NCBI GenBank assembly: GCA_050306215.1
Contig: JBNLGU010000002.1
Location: 1,438 to 65,437, forward strand
DNA from: Pontiella sp.
Lineage (GTDB): Bacteria > Verrucomicrobiota > Kiritimatiellia > Kiritimatiellales > Pontiellaceae
DNA length: 64,000 bases
Direction: 5' to 3'
Shown here: one piece after another, positions 39,439-52,730 of the stretch
Layout of the letters: the number at the start of each line of letters is the position of its first letter
How positions within the stretch are numbered: the stretch's first letter is position 1
The notes under the pieces: model-generated
What the model was told of the DNA's origin: nothing
Database searches by the model: none
The model's input: the letters and a program-made list of their open reading frames with translations, nothing else
Made by a program: the position numbers and the translations under genes

Positions 39439-40896
39439 TTAGCCCATTTGCGCTATGGCTCTTTCCAGGCACTCTTCAAGCATTTCGGGGGTGGGTTCGG
39501 CGATGTAGCCTTCCTGCATGAGGTGGTCGGTGAGGGCGCGGGCTTCGTCGATGTCCTTCTTGGCCTGGGCGTAGACCTCGTCGCCGGACATTTCATGACG
39601 GGCAACGCCGTCTTCGATGGCTTGCAATGCCACAGCCTTTGCGACGGAGGGGAAGGTTTCGGTTTCGTCCATGAGCGGGCAGATGTAGTCGGGGCTCAGG
39701 CCCTTCTTCTCGGCGACTTCGGCGATGGCGTAGGCGGCGGCGATGGCCATCTTGTCGGTGATCTTCTTCGCCTTGACGAGCAGGGCGCCTTTGAGCAGGC
39801 CGGGGAAGCAGAGCGAGTTGTTGACCTGGTTCGGGAAGTCGCCACGGCCAGTAGCGACGATGTAAGCTCCGGCTTCCTTGGCAGCGTAGGGGTAGATTTC
39901 CGGAACCGGGTTGGCGCAGACAAAGACGATCGCCTTGTCGGCCATCTTTTCGATCCACTCCGGTTTGACGGTGTCGGGACCGGGTCTGGATAGGGCGATA
40001 AGCACATCGGCGCCTTCCATGGCGGCTTCAATGGAGTTGATCTTGGTGGGATTGGTGCGTTGGCACAGATCCCATTTCTTATAGAAGGCGGTGTCGGCCT
40101 CGATATCGGACCGGTCGGTGTGCAGTCCGCCCTTGGAATCACACATGACCATTTTGGCCGGGTCGGCGCCGGCCTGCAGGATCAGGCTGGCGATGGTGGT
40201 GTTGGAGGCGCCGGCGCCGAGCATGGCAATCTTGACGTCGCCGATTTTCTTGTCGGCCACCTTGAGGGCGTTAATGAGGCCGGCGAGGGTAACGCAGCCG
40301 GTGCCTTGGGCGTCGTCGTGCCAAACGGGGATGTCGCAGGCGTCGCGCAGGGTGTCGAGCACCTCGAAGCAGTTGGGCTGGGAGATGTCCTCCAGATTGA
40401 CGCCTCCGACGCTGGGGGCGAGCATTTTGACGAATTCGATAATTTTTTTGGGATCGTGATCTCCGTTTTCATTGCGGGAATCGATGCAGAGGGAGATGGC
40501 ATCGACGCCGCCGAGGTATTTCATCAGGAAGGCTTTGCCTTCCATCACGCCAAGGCCGCCGGAGGGGCCGCAGTCGCCATCGCCCAGCACGCGGGTGGAG
40601 TCGGAAACGACCGCGATGAGATTGCCGCGGTTGGAGAGGTTGAACGATTCGTCGGGATTGTCGCGGATGGTGGTGGAAACCTTGGAGACGCCGGGGGTGT
40701 ACCAGACGTTGAACCAGTTGAAGCCATACAGTCCGGCTTTCGGGACGGTCTGCATCTTGCCGCCGTAGAAGCGGTGCATGGTGTCGGACACCTCCTTAAG
40801 GAAGAGCGTCTTGCCCTTGGCGATCTGCTCCTTGGTGAAGTCTTCCGGAAAAAGCTGGTCGAGATTCTCGAGTTTCAGGTTGTCGATTTTCCCCAT
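39439..40896 (-). CDS. NAD(P)-dependent malic enzyme
   Basis: YTPGV, VMEGKAFL, NLEDISQP, WHDDAQGT, GAGAS, ANPVPEI, ATGRGDFPNQVNN. Confidence 0.94.
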   Translation of the reverse strand: MGKIDNLKLENLDQLFPEDFTKEQIAKGKTLFLKEVSDTMHRFYGGKMQTVPKAGLYGFNWFNVWYTPGVSKVSTTIRDNPDESFNLSNRGNLIAVVSDSTRVLGDGDCGPSGGLGVMEGKAFLMKYLGGVDAISLCIDSRNENGDHDPKKIIEFVKMLAPSVGGVNLEDISQPNCFEVLDTLRDACDIPVWHDDAQGTGCVTLAGLINALKVADKKIGDVKIAMLGAGASNTTIASLILQAGADPAKMVMCDSKGGLHTDRSDIEADTAFYKKWDLCQRTNPTKINSIEAAMEGADVLIALSRPGPDTVKPEWIEKMADKAIVFVCANPVPEIYPYAAKEAGAYIVATGRGDFPNQVNNSLCFPGLLKGALLVKAKKITDKMAIAAAYAIAEVAEKKGLSPDYICPLMDETETFPSVAKAVALQAIEDGVARHEMSGDEVYAQAKKDIDEARALTDHLMQEGYIAEPTPEMLEECLERAIAQMG

Positions 40897-41192
40897 GGTC
40901 ATGCCCCTTTCATTCGTTGAGTGTTGCGCTCCCATTATGCGTACGAATGCCACTAAATCAATCCCGATTCCGCAGACAATGGAACGGCTGGCGGGGGCTT
41001 GGTTAAGCGGGAAAAAGGAGAACTCGCGGCTTGATGGGAGGGCGTATCAATATTAAAATTTCCTAATAAATAGGGCGGCGCAGTTGTGGCTCGGTAGAAA
41101 TATGAACAAACGGATTCCCAATTCAGGGTAAATATTATAGGCATTGTAACATATAGCTATCAAAAGTGCATTCCATACGGAGTTTTCATTAA

Positions 41193-41852
41193 ATGAGTGT
41201 TAAGAGTACGGTTTTTTCTTCGATCGGCCAAAAATTGTTGTTGGCAACCTCCGGGTTGATCATGTTTCTGGTATTTCTGATTCCACACATGAGCGGGAAT
41301 GTGCTTTTCCTGTTTGGGAAGGATCTTTTCAATTCCTATGCGGAGCACCTGCACCAGTTGGTGCCGATCCTGATTGCGGTCGAGGTGTTGATGATCATCT
41401 CCATCTCGGTCCACATGTTCATGGGGTTTCGCGTGGCCTTCGCCAACGCCAAGGCGCATGACAAGCGGTTTACACAGAAGGCCTCGAAGGAGCGCTCGCT
41501 GGCCGCCCGCCTGATGCCGTATTCGGGGGGGATGATTTTTATCTTCATCGTCAAGCACCTGCTGGACTTCACGCTGCGCTCGAAGCCGTCGACGGAGCTG
41601 CACGGCGAGCAGGTCACCGATGTGTACAGTATGCTGCTGGAAAAGTTTTCGCATCCGGGCAATGTGGTTTTCTACGTCTTCTTCATGGTTGCGGTTGCGC
41701 TGCACCTGAGCCATGCCCTGCAAAGTGCATTGCAGACCTACGGTCTCTACGTTCCGCGCGAAGGAAGCAAGATCAAGCTGGCCAGCACCATAATCGCGGT
41801 CGCCATGGCCTCCACCTTCGCGATCATTCCGGTCGTCGCCTATTTCCAGTAA
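41193..41852 (+). CDS. sdhC: Succinate dehydrogenase/fumarate reductase cytochrome b subunit (single-subunit type)
   Basis: [13 protein letters not shown], five TM helices, heme-ligand histidines (PHMSGN, VHMF, KHLL, LHLSH). Confidence 0.9.
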   Translation: MSVKSTVFSSIGQKLLLATSGLIMFLVFLIPHMSGNVLFLFGKDLFNSYAEHLHQLVPILIAVEVLMIISISVHMFMGFRVAFANAKAHDKRFTQKASKERSLAARLMPYSGGMIFIFIVKHLLDFTLRSKPSTELHGEQVTDVYSMLLEKFSHPGNVVFYVFFMVAVALHLSHALQSALQTYGLYVPREGSKIKLASTIIAVAMASTFAIIPVVAYFQ

Positions 41853-41875
41853 TCTTTAAACCGCAGAGGAACCCC

Positions 41876-43792
41876 ATGGCAAAACTCGACGCAAAAATTC
41901 CCGAAGGGCCGATGGCCGAAAAGTGGACGAACCACAAGTTCAAGGTCAAGCTGGTCAACCCGTCTAACAAGCGCAAGCACAAGGTGATTGTGGTCGGCAC
42001 CGGACTGGCCGGTGCCTCCGCTTCCGCCACCATGGCCGAGCTGGGCTACCAGGTGCATGCGTTCACCTATTCCGACAGTCCGCGCCGCGCCCACTCCATC
42101 GCTGCCCAGGGCGGGATCAACGCCGCTAAGAACTATCCGGGCGACGGCGATTCCATATACCGTCTCTTTTACGACACCGTCAAAGGCGGCGACTTCCGTT
42201 CGCGCGAAGCCAACGTCTATCGTTTGGCGGAATGCTCGAACCTGATTATCGACCATTGCGTGGCGCAGGGGATTCCCTTTGCGCGCGAATACGGTGGCTA
42301 TCTCGCCAACCGCTCCTTCGGCGGCGCACAGGTTTCGCGCACGTTCTACGCCCGCGGACAAACCGGCCAGCAGCTTTTGCTGGGGGCCTACGGTGCGCTG
42401 CAGAAGGAAATCAAGAAGGGCGGGGTCACGATGCACACCCGCACCGAGGTGATCGATATCGTCGTCATCAACGGTCAGGCCCGCGGCATCATTGCGCGCA
42501 ACCTGGTTACCGGCGAACTGACCCGCCACGAAGCCGATGCGGTCGTGCTGGCCACGGGCGGCTACGGCAACGTCTTCTTTCTCTCCACCAATGCCATGAA
42601 CTGCAACGCCAGCGCGGCGTGGCGCGCCTACAAGAAGGGGGCCTGCTTTGCCAATCCGTGCTACACGCAGATCCATCCGACCTGCATTCCGGTGCATGGC
42701 GAATACCAGTCCAAGCTGACGCTCATGTCCGAATCGCTCCGCAACGACGGGCGCATCTGGGTGCCGAAGAAGAAAGGCGACAAACGGCCGGCCAGCCAGA
42801 TTCCGGAAGACGAGCGCGACTATTACCTCGAACGCAAGTATCCCAGCTTCGGCAACCTGGTCCCGCGCGACCTCGCTTCGCGCAACGCCAAGCAGGTGTG
42901 CGACGAAGGCCGCGGCGTCGGCCCGACCGGCAAGGCGGTCTACCTCGACTTTGCCGAAGCGATCGAGCGGCTGGGCCGCGACAACATCGAGGCCAAGTAC
43001 GGCAACCTGTTCGAAATGTACAACCGCATAACCGACGAAGATCCCTACACGACGCCGATGATGATCTATCCCGCCGTTCACTACACGATGGGCGGCCTGT
43101 GGGTGGACTACAACCTGATGACCACGGTGCCCGGACTCTATGCACTCGGCGAATGCAACTTTTCCGATCACGGAGCGAACCGTCTCGGGGCCAGCGCGCT
43201 GATGCAGGGGTTGGCCGACGGTTACTTCGTGCTGCCCAACACCATCAACGATTATCTCGCCTCCAACAAATTCGAGAAGGTCGCCACCGACCACGAAGCG
43301 TTCGTTGAGGCGGAAAAAACCGCCAAGGACAAGCTCGATCGCCTGCTCGCCGTCAACGGCAAGCGTACGGTCGACGATTTCCATAAGGAGCTGGGCCATC
43401 TGCTGTGGGAAAACTGCGGCATGGCGCGCACCGAAGAGGGCCTGAAGGAAGCCCTCGAAAAGATTCCGCAGATCCGCGAGGAGTTCTGGAAGAACGTGAA
43501 CGTCCCCGGCTCGGCCGACGATTTGAACCAGGCCCTTGAAAAGGCCAACCGCGTGGCCGACTTCCTGGAGTTTGGCGAGCTGTTGGTGAAGGATGCGTTG
43601 CACCGCGCCGAATCGTGCGGCGGTCATTTCCGCGTGGAGAGCCAGACGGAGGAGGGCGAAGCCCTGCGCGACGACGAAAACTTCTGCTATGTCGGCGCAT
43701 GGGAGTTCAAGGGATTGGATCAGGAGCCGGAACTGCACAAGGAGCATCTGGAATTCGAAGAAGTCCATCTGACGCAGAGGTCGTATAAATAA
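41876..43792 (+). CDS. sdhA: Succinate dehydrogenase flavoprotein subunit
   Basis: [49 protein letters not shown]. Confidence 0.97.
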   Translation: MAKLDAKIPEGPMAEKWTNHKFKVKLVNPSNKRKHKVIVVGTGLAGASASATMAELGYQVHAFTYSDSPRRAHSIAAQGGINAAKNYPGDGDSIYRLFYDTVKGGDFRSREANVYRLAECSNLIIDHCVAQGIPFAREYGGYLANRSFGGAQVSRTFYARGQTGQQLLLGAYGALQKEIKKGGVTMHTRTEVIDIVVINGQARGIIARNLVTGELTRHEADAVVLATGGYGNVFFLSTNAMNCNASAAWRAYKKGACFANPCYTQIHPTCIPVHGEYQSKLTLMSESLRNDGRIWVPKKKGDKRPASQIPEDERDYYLERKYPSFGNLVPRDLASRNAKQVCDEGRGVGPTGKAVYLDFAEAIERLGRDNIEAKYGNLFEMYNRITDEDPYTTPMMIYPAVHYTMGGLWVDYNLMTTVPGLYALGECNFSDHGANRLGASALMQGLADGYFVLPNTINDYLASNKFEKVATDHEAFVEAEKTAKDKLDRLLAVNGKRTVDDFHKELGHLLWENCGMARTEEGLKEALEKIPQIREEFWKNVNVPGSADDLNQALEKANRVADFLEFGELLVKDALHRAESCGGHFRVESQTEEGEALRDDENFCYVGAWEFKGLDQEPELHKEHLEFEEVHLTQRSYK

Positions 43793-43795
43793 GAG

Positions 43796-43823
43796 TTAAG
43801 TTTCAAGTTTTAGGTTTTAAGTA
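43796..43823 (+). repeat. Heptamer tandem array (TTAAGTT-like x4)
   Basis: TTAAGTT TCAAGTT TTAGGTT TTAAGTA, 3 nt after the sdhA stop. Confidence 0.75.
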
Positions 43824-43859
43824 TCGCAGGCGGCTCGCCTGCTCGAAGGAAGGCAAGTC

Positions 43860-44618
43860 ATGTCGAAGAAGATCAATCTAACATTGAAGGTCTGGCGCCA
43901 GAACCGGGGCGAAGAAGGACGCTTTGAAACCTACGAGGCCAACGGCGTCGATACCGATGCATCGTTCCTCGAAATGCTTGATGTGGTGAACGAAGAGCTC
44001 ACCTTGGCCGGCAAGGAGCCGATTGCGTTCGAGCACGACTGCCGCGAGGGGATTTGCGGTTGCTGCGGTTCGTTGGTGAACGGCAAGACCCACGGCTCGC
44101 ACGAGCGTACTACGCTCTGCCAGTTGCACATGCGCAAGTTCAAGGACGGCGAATCCGTCACAATCGAACCCTTCCGCGCGAAGGCGTTTCCGGTAATTAA
44201 GGATTTGATTATCGACCGTGGCGGCCTCGACAAAATCATTGCCGAAGGTGGTTATATTTCGGTCAAGACCGGCAACGCGCCGGAGGCGGCAACCACGCCG
44301 GTGAAGAAGGCGCTGGCCGAGGCGGCGATGGACGCGGCCGAGTGCATCGGCTGCGGTGCCTGCGTGGCGGCCTGTCCGAACGGCGCGGCCATGCTCTTCA
44401 CGGCGGCCAAGGTCAACCAGTATGCCTTGCTGCCGCAAGGTCATCCCGAGCGCGCGCAACGCGTGAAGAACATGGTGGCCAAAATGGACGAGCTGGGCTT
44501 CGGCAATTGCTCCAACGAATACGAGTGCGCGGTGGCCTGTCCGAAGGGCATCGACGTTAAGAACATCGCCGCGCTCAACCGGGAATTCATCAAGGCGAGT
44601 CTGAAGAGTGAAAAGTGA
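43860..44618 (+). CDS. sdhB: Succinate dehydrogenase iron-sulfur subunit
   Basis: CREGICGCC, CIGCGACVAACP, CSNEYECAVACP. Confidence 0.97.
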   Translation: MSKKINLTLKVWRQNRGEEGRFETYEANGVDTDASFLEMLDVVNEELTLAGKEPIAFEHDCREGICGCCGSLVNGKTHGSHERTTLCQLHMRKFKDGESVTIEPFRAKAFPVIKDLIIDRGGLDKIIAEGGYISVKTGNAPEAATTPVKKALAEAAMDAAECIGCGACVAACPNGAAMLFTAAKVNQYALLPQGHPERAQRVKNMVAKMDELGFGNCSNEYECAVACPKGIDVKNIAALNREFIKASLKSEK

Positions 44619-44671
44619 GTCGTGATACATAACCAACGGTGAGTCACGCCTCAAACGTCACTCATCACGAA
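44601..44671. repeat. Inverted heptamer arrays (GTGAnnn / TCACnnn)
   Basis: CTGAAGA GTGAAAA GTGAGTC GTGATAC ... TCACGCC TCAAACG TCACTCA TCACGAA. Confidence 0.7.
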
Positions 44672-44681
44672 AGGGTATCCC

Positions 44682-45158
44682 ATGGCGGCAAGACGAAAGA
44701 AGGAGACGTTCTGGTCCGAGCCGATCGGCAAGGTTGATCTGGAGCGGGCGGCGGTGGTGGCCAGTGGGACGACCATTGTCGATGCCGTGAAGGAAATGAA
44801 ATACAACCAGATCGGCTGTGTTCTTATTACCGATGCCGGCGGCAAGCTGCTGGGCATTCTGAGCAACGGCGACCTGATGCACGAATTCGTTGGATCGACC
44901 CTCCCCGGCGATACGCCCGTCGATACCATCATGACCAAGGAGCCCTTCACGGGTACGCCCGAGCTGACGGTGCAGGAAGCCTTGGAAATCTTCCACTCGC
45001 AACCTTTCCGCCACATGCCCATTCTCCGCGGGGACCGGATTGACGGCATTCTGTCGATCCGTGGATTGATGTCGTTCATCAGTGAGCACCTACCGCTGGA
45101 AGTCATGAACCTTCCGCCGGACAGCAGTCTGATTGCATCCAGGACTTCGGGGGAATAA
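44682..45158 (+). CDS. Stand-alone CBS-pair protein
   Basis: TIVDAVKEM...IGCVLI...GKLLGILS; VDTIMT...TVQEAL...FRHMPI...GILSIR. Confidence 0.92.
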   Translation: MAARRKKETFWSEPIGKVDLERAAVVASGTTIVDAVKEMKYNQIGCVLITDAGGKLLGILSNGDLMHEFVGSTLPGDTPVDTIMTKEPFTGTPELTVQEALEIFHSQPFRHMPILRGDRIDGILSIRGLMSFISEHLPLEVMNLPPDSSLIASRTSGE

Positions 45159-45161
45159 GCC

Positions 45162-47024
<1,863 letters not shown>

Positions 47025-47036
47025 GGGGATGGAACC

Positions 47037-48605
47037 ATGGAAGGCTTCAAGGAATATTTGACCCGCAAGGATTTTGTCTCCTCCTCCGAGGTGCGCTGGT
47101 GTCCGGGCTGTGGCGACTACGCTGTGCTGAACGCCGTGCAGGCCGTGTTGCCGCGTCTCGGCATTCCGAAGGAAAAATATGTGTTCGTTAGCGGGATCGG
47201 CTGCTCGAGCCGTTTCCCGTATTATCTCGACACCTACGGATTCCATTCGATCCATGGCCGCGCTCCGACCATCGCAACCGGCATCAAGGTGGCCAATCCC
47301 GAGCTTTCGGTGTGGGTGGCGACCGGCGATGGAGACGGCTTGAGTATTGGCGGGAACCATCTGGTTCATGCCTTGCGCCGCAATCTCGACATCAACATCC
47401 TGCTGTTCAACAACCGTATCTATGGATTGACCAAGGGGCAGTACAGCCCGACCTCCGAAAAGGGAAAGATCACCAAGACGAGTCCGTACGGGGTCATCGA
47501 CGAACCGCTCAATCCGTTGCGCATCGCCCTGGCCTCCGAGGCCACATTTGTTGCCCGCGCCGTTGATACCGATCCGAAGCACCTGGCGGAAGTCTTGGAG
47601 CTGGGGGCCGAGCACAAGGGCACGGCGTTCGTGGAAATCCTGCAAACCTGTGTGATCTTCAACAAGAAGGCCTGGACCGATATTTCGGACCGCTCCTGTC
47701 GCGAAGATCGGCTGCTCTATCTTGAGCAGGGTAAGCCGCTTATCTTTGGCGAAAAGCGCAACAAGGGCATCATGCTGCGGGGGACCGATCCGGTGGTGGT
47801 CACGATTGGCGAGCAGGGCGTTACTGTGAAGGATCTGGCGGTGCACGACCGCTATCGCGAAGACCCGGTCTACGCCTCGATGTTGACGAAGATGGAGTAT
47901 CCCGATTTTCCATTGCCCGTTGGCGTCTTCCATGCCGTGAAGAAACCGGTCTACGAACAGGAGCTAGAGCAGCAGATCAAGGAAGTCACAGCGCTAAAGG
48001 GCCGTCGCAACTTGCAGGCATTGCTGCGCGGGTCCGAATACTGGACGGTTTCGGAGGGCGGGAAGTCGATCAAGCGTTCGAGCGGCATAAGCTCGCAGGA
48101 CAACGATGAGTCGCAAGTCATGGACGAGCAGATCCACCGGAGACTCCGCTCAACCGACCCGCTGACGGCCAGCCTGAAGACCGAGGTCGGCAAGATTTTC
48201 TACGACTACGACTACAAACGCAGCAAGATCCTCTCGCCGCGCGACAGTATCTCGAAGGCCATCGCCAACTTTAAGGCCGCCCGCATCGAGTGCATTTTGG
48301 TGGGCGATGAAAGGCGGCTCTATGGTATGATTTCGGAGCGCGACATCATCCAGAACGTCGTACTAACGTCGATCGATCGCGATCGAATGCCGATATCAAC
48401 GATCATGCGGCCGATCTACGACATCATGGACGAATCGAACTCCATTGCCGACGTCATCAACATCCTGTCCATCAGCGGACACCGGCATGTACCGATCCGC
48501 CTGAAGGACGGCGGCTTCGGCCTGGTTACGATTCGGCAGATCCTGCGGTTCATTCACGACACCGTCGAACAAGTTGAAAAAAAGGAAGCAGAAAACGAAA
48601 AATGA
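47037..48605 (+). CDS. korB: 2-oxoacid:ferredoxin oxidoreductase beta subunit fused to a C-terminal CBS pair
   Basis: WCPGCGD, SGIGCSSR, HGRA, GDGD...NN TPP motif, GLTKGQYSPT; about 180 extra aa with two CBS motifs. Confidence 0.93.
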   Translation: MEGFKEYLTRKDFVSSSEVRWCPGCGDYAVLNAVQAVLPRLGIPKEKYVFVSGIGCSSRFPYYLDTYGFHSIHGRAPTIATGIKVANPELSVWVATGDGDGLSIGGNHLVHALRRNLDINILLFNNRIYGLTKGQYSPTSEKGKITKTSPYGVIDEPLNPLRIALASEATFVARAVDTDPKHLAEVLELGAEHKGTAFVEILQTCVIFNKKAWTDISDRSCREDRLLYLEQGKPLIFGEKRNKGIMLRGTDPVVVTIGEQGVTVKDLAVHDRYREDPVYASMLTKMEYPDFPLPVGVFHAVKKPVYEQELEQQIKEVTALKGRRNLQALLRGSEYWTVSEGGKSIKRSSGISSQDNDESQVMDEQIHRRLRSTDPLTASLKTEVGKIFYDYDYKRSKILSPRDSISKAIANFKAARIECILVGDERRLYGMISERDIIQNVVLTSIDRDRMPISTIMRPIYDIMDESNSIADVINILSISGHRHVPIRLKDGGFGLVTIRQILRFIHDTVEQVEKKEAENEK

Positions 48606-49777
48606 AAATACACGAATACCAAGCCAAGGAGCTGCTGAAAGGTTATGGCATCCCCATTCAGGATGGCGTAACCATCGAGGATCTGGCACAGGCCGAAGCG
48701 GCCATCGCCCAGGTTGCGAAGGAACATGACACAGAACAATTCGTCATCAAGGCGCAGGTGCATGCCGGTGGCCGCGGCAAGGGCGGGGGCGTCAAGTTTT
48801 CCCCCGACCGCGCAACCGCACTGGAAAACACCCGCAAGATTCTGGGCATGACGCTGGTCACGCACCAGACCGGGGCCGAAGGCCGCTTGGTCAAGAAGGT
48901 GATGATCGGGCAGGCGTTGGACATAGCGCAGGAATTCTATGCGGCCATCACGCTCGACCGCGCCAAGGGAATGGATGTCTTCATGGTGTCGTCCGAAGGC
49001 GGCATGGAGATCGAGGAGGTTGCGAAAACCTCGCCGGAAAAGATCGTGAAGGAAGCGGTCGTTCCCGGGTTCGGGTTGCGTCCCTTCCAAGCTCGCAACC
49101 TGACGGCGGCACTGGGCCTGCAAGGTTCGGCGGCCAAGCAGGCGGTGGTGATGTTCCAAAAGCTGTACAAGCTTTATCGCGAGCTGGATTGTTCCATCGT
49201 TGAAATCAATCCGTTGGTGGTCACCGAACAAGGCGATCTGGTGGCGCTCGACGCAAAGATCAATTTCGACGATAACGCCTTGTATCTCCATCCGAATGTC
49301 GCCGACATGCGCGACCTCGACGAAGAGGATCCGTCGGAGGTTGAGGCTGGCAAATATCACCTGAACTATATCAAGCTCGACGGCAACGTGGGCTGCATGG
49401 TCAACGGGGCCGGCTTAGCCATGGCGACGATGGACATTATCAAGCAGCGCGGCGGTTCGCCGGCCAACTTTCTGGATGTGGGCGGCGGTGCGAATGTTGA
49501 AACCGTGAAGAACGGTTTCCGGATCATTCTATCCGATGAAAACGTCAAGGCCGTGCTGATCAATATTTTCGGAGGCATTGTGCGGTGCGACCGCATCGCC
49601 AACGGCATTATCGAAGCCGTCAAGGAGCTCGACCTGAACGTGCCCGTCGTGGTTCGGCTGGCCGGCACGAATGCCGAGGTCGCGAAGGAGCTGCTCGCCA
49701 ATTCGGGCGTGGCAATCATCTCTGCGGACTCCTTCGAGGACGCCGCAACCAAGGTCGTGGAAGCGGCACAGGGCTAA
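48602..49777 (+). CDS. sucC: Succinyl-CoA synthetase beta subunit
   Basis: MKIHEYQAKELL, KAQVHAGGRGKGGG, NGAGLAMATMD, NIFGGIVRCD. Confidence 0.98.
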   Translation: MKIHEYQAKELLKGYGIPIQDGVTIEDLAQAEAAIAQVAKEHDTEQFVIKAQVHAGGRGKGGGVKFSPDRATALENTRKILGMTLVTHQTGAEGRLVKKVMIGQALDIAQEFYAAITLDRAKGMDVFMVSSEGGMEIEEVAKTSPEKIVKEAVVPGFGLRPFQARNLTAALGLQGSAAKQAVVMFQKLYKLYRELDCSIVEINPLVVTEQGDLVALDAKINFDDNALYLHPNVADMRDLDEEDPSEVEAGKYHLNYIKLDGNVGCMVNGAGLAMATMDIIKQRGGSPANFLDVGGGANVETVKNGFRIILSDENVKAVLINIFGGIVRCDRIANGIIEAVKELDLNVPVVVRLAGTNAEVAKELLANSGVAIISADSFEDAATKVVEAAQG

Positions 49778-49783
49778 TGAATT

Positions 49784-49866
49784 TTAACGCAAAGACGCAA
49801 CGAGCAGGAAGCCTCGCAAAGCACAACTCTGCGAGTCCTTTGCGGACTCAGCGCCTGTGCGTTTAA
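49784..49866. repeat. 83-bp imperfect inverted-repeat element built from CGCAAAG/CTYTGCG units
   Basis: TTAACGCAAAGACGCAACG...CGCAAAG-CACAA-CTCTGCG..CTTTGCG..CTCAGCG.CTGTGCGTTTAA between sucC and sucD. Confidence 0.7.
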
Positions 49867-49883
49867 TAGAATAGGACAAGACT

Positions 49884-50762
49884 ATGTCGATTTTGGTAAA
49901 CAAGGATTCAAAAATTATAGTGCAGGGAATCACGGGCTCCGAGGGGAGCTTCCACGCATCCCAGTGCCTCGAGTATGGCGGCAATGTGGTGGGCGGAGTC
50001 ACGCCCGGCAAAGGTGGACAGACGGCGCTCGATGGAGCGGTACCCGTGTTTAACAGTTGTGCCGAGGCACGCGCTGAAACCGGCGCAAATGTTTCGCTCA
50101 TTTTCGTGCCGCCGCCGTTCGCGGCCGACGCGATCATGGAAGCTGCGGCCGCAGGCATAGAACTGATCGTATGCATCACGGAAGGCATTCCGATTGCGCA
50201 GATGGTGGAAGTGAAGGCGTTTGTCGATAAAACCGGCTCACGTTTCATCGGCCCGAACTGCCCCGGTATCCTGACGCCTGAAGGCGCAAAGGTCGGTATC
50301 ATGCCTGGGTTCATTGCGAAGAAGGGAACGGTGGGCGTCATCTCCAAATCGGGCACACTGACCTATGAGGCGGTGGACCAGCTATGCCAGCAGGGTTTGG
50401 GTCAATCAACCTGCATCGGTATCGGCGGCGACCCCATCATCGGAACCACCATGAAGGATCTGCTCGAAATGTTCGAGGCCGATCCGGAAACGGAGGCCAT
50501 CGTGATGATTGGCGAGATTGGGGGTTCGATGGAGATCGAAGCGGCCCGTTTCGCGAAGGAGCACGTGACGAAGCCGGTGATCGGTTTCATCGCGGGACAA
50601 ACCGCTCCGCCCGGCCGGCGCATGGGCCATGCCGGAGCGATTGTATCCGGAGCCGACGAGTCGGCGGCAGCAAAGAAGAAACTGATGTCCGAATGCGGTT
50701 TGCTGGTGGTTGAATCGCCGGCCGATATCGGGCGCACGGTTAAGAACGCTTTAAATAAGTGA
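49884..50762 (+). CDS. sucD: Succinyl-CoA synthetase alpha subunit
   Basis: [32 protein letters not shown]. Confidence 0.98.
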   Translation: MSILVNKDSKIIVQGITGSEGSFHASQCLEYGGNVVGGVTPGKGGQTALDGAVPVFNSCAEARAETGANVSLIFVPPPFAADAIMEAAAAGIELIVCITEGIPIAQMVEVKAFVDKTGSRFIGPNCPGILTPEGAKVGIMPGFIAKKGTVGVISKSGTLTYEAVDQLCQQGLGQSTCIGIGGDPIIGTTMKDLLEMFEADPETEAIVMIGEIGGSMEIEAARFAKEHVTKPVIGFIAGQTAPPGRRMGHAGAIVSGADESAAAKKKLMSECGLLVVESPADIGRTVKNALNK

Positions 50763-50779
50763 ATTGAGGAGGTCAACAC

Positions 50780-52066
<1,287 letters not shown>

Positions 52067-52086
52067 CCGATGCATCAGTGCAGTGT

Positions 52087-52112
52087 AAAGGGACGGCCGA
52101 TGGCCGTCCCTT
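52087..52112. terminator. Hairpin between convergent genes (probable bidirectional terminator)
   Basis: AAGGGACGGCC-GAT-GGCCGTCCCTT. Confidence 0.75.
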
Positions 52113-52548
52113 ATTCGTTATCCGGAAAGCGACGCTCAAAAATAGCCTTGGCGGTTTTGTTGCCAACCACGTAGAGCAGTAGCAACACCAAGGGCAGGGC
52201 CAGCAGGTTCACAGCAATGATATTCACCATCCCAATGCCGAAGTAGAATATGACGGCAATCTTGTAGGCGCGGTAGTCGTAGCGAAGCAGCCCGATGCCG
52301 ATGATGAAGTTGATGATTACGATCAGAGCCAGGGCAAACCGGTGTTCGAAATCGGGAAGCGCCATGGTAAAAATGCCTGCTCCGATCAGATGCAGCATGG
52401 CGGCAAAATGGATGTTGAGGGCCGCCCGCCGGACCTGCTTTTCCCGAGGGGTCAGCTCCTTGCGGTCCTTGTCTTGGTCGATGCCGCAAACGGGGCATAT
52501 GTCCGCCACGGCTTCGGCCCGCGTCCGGCAACTTTTGCATCGATTCAT
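52111..52548 (-). CDS. Hypothetical membrane protein with N-terminal Zn ribbon
   Basis: CKSC...CPVCG followed by about 4 TM helices; GGAG RBS before ATG 52548. Confidence 0.7.
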   Translation of the reverse strand: MNRCKSCRTRAEAVADICPVCGIDQDKDRKELTPREKQVRRAALNIHFAAMLHLIGAGIFTMALPDFEHRFALALIVIINFIIGIGLLRYDYRAYKIAVIFYFGIGMVNIIAVNLLALPLVLLLLYVVGNKTAKAIFERRFPDNE

Positions 52549-52730
52549 AGAACTACTCCAATGGTTCCCGACATGATAGACCTTTTCGGAGAAAGGAAAA
52601 GGGCGCCCTCCCTTTTTCTCTGCCCGCACCGTCGACCTGCCTTTTGATTGCAATCCGCTGGCCGGATTGTAGAATATCCCTTCACTTGCGGGGCAGGCGT
52701 TTAAAAACTGACTCTGAACGGGGCGTTGCC

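Noticed and set aside
41031-41050. FNR-like site upstream of sdhC (TTGAT...ATCAA)
   Set aside because: Spacer is 10 nt rather than the required 4
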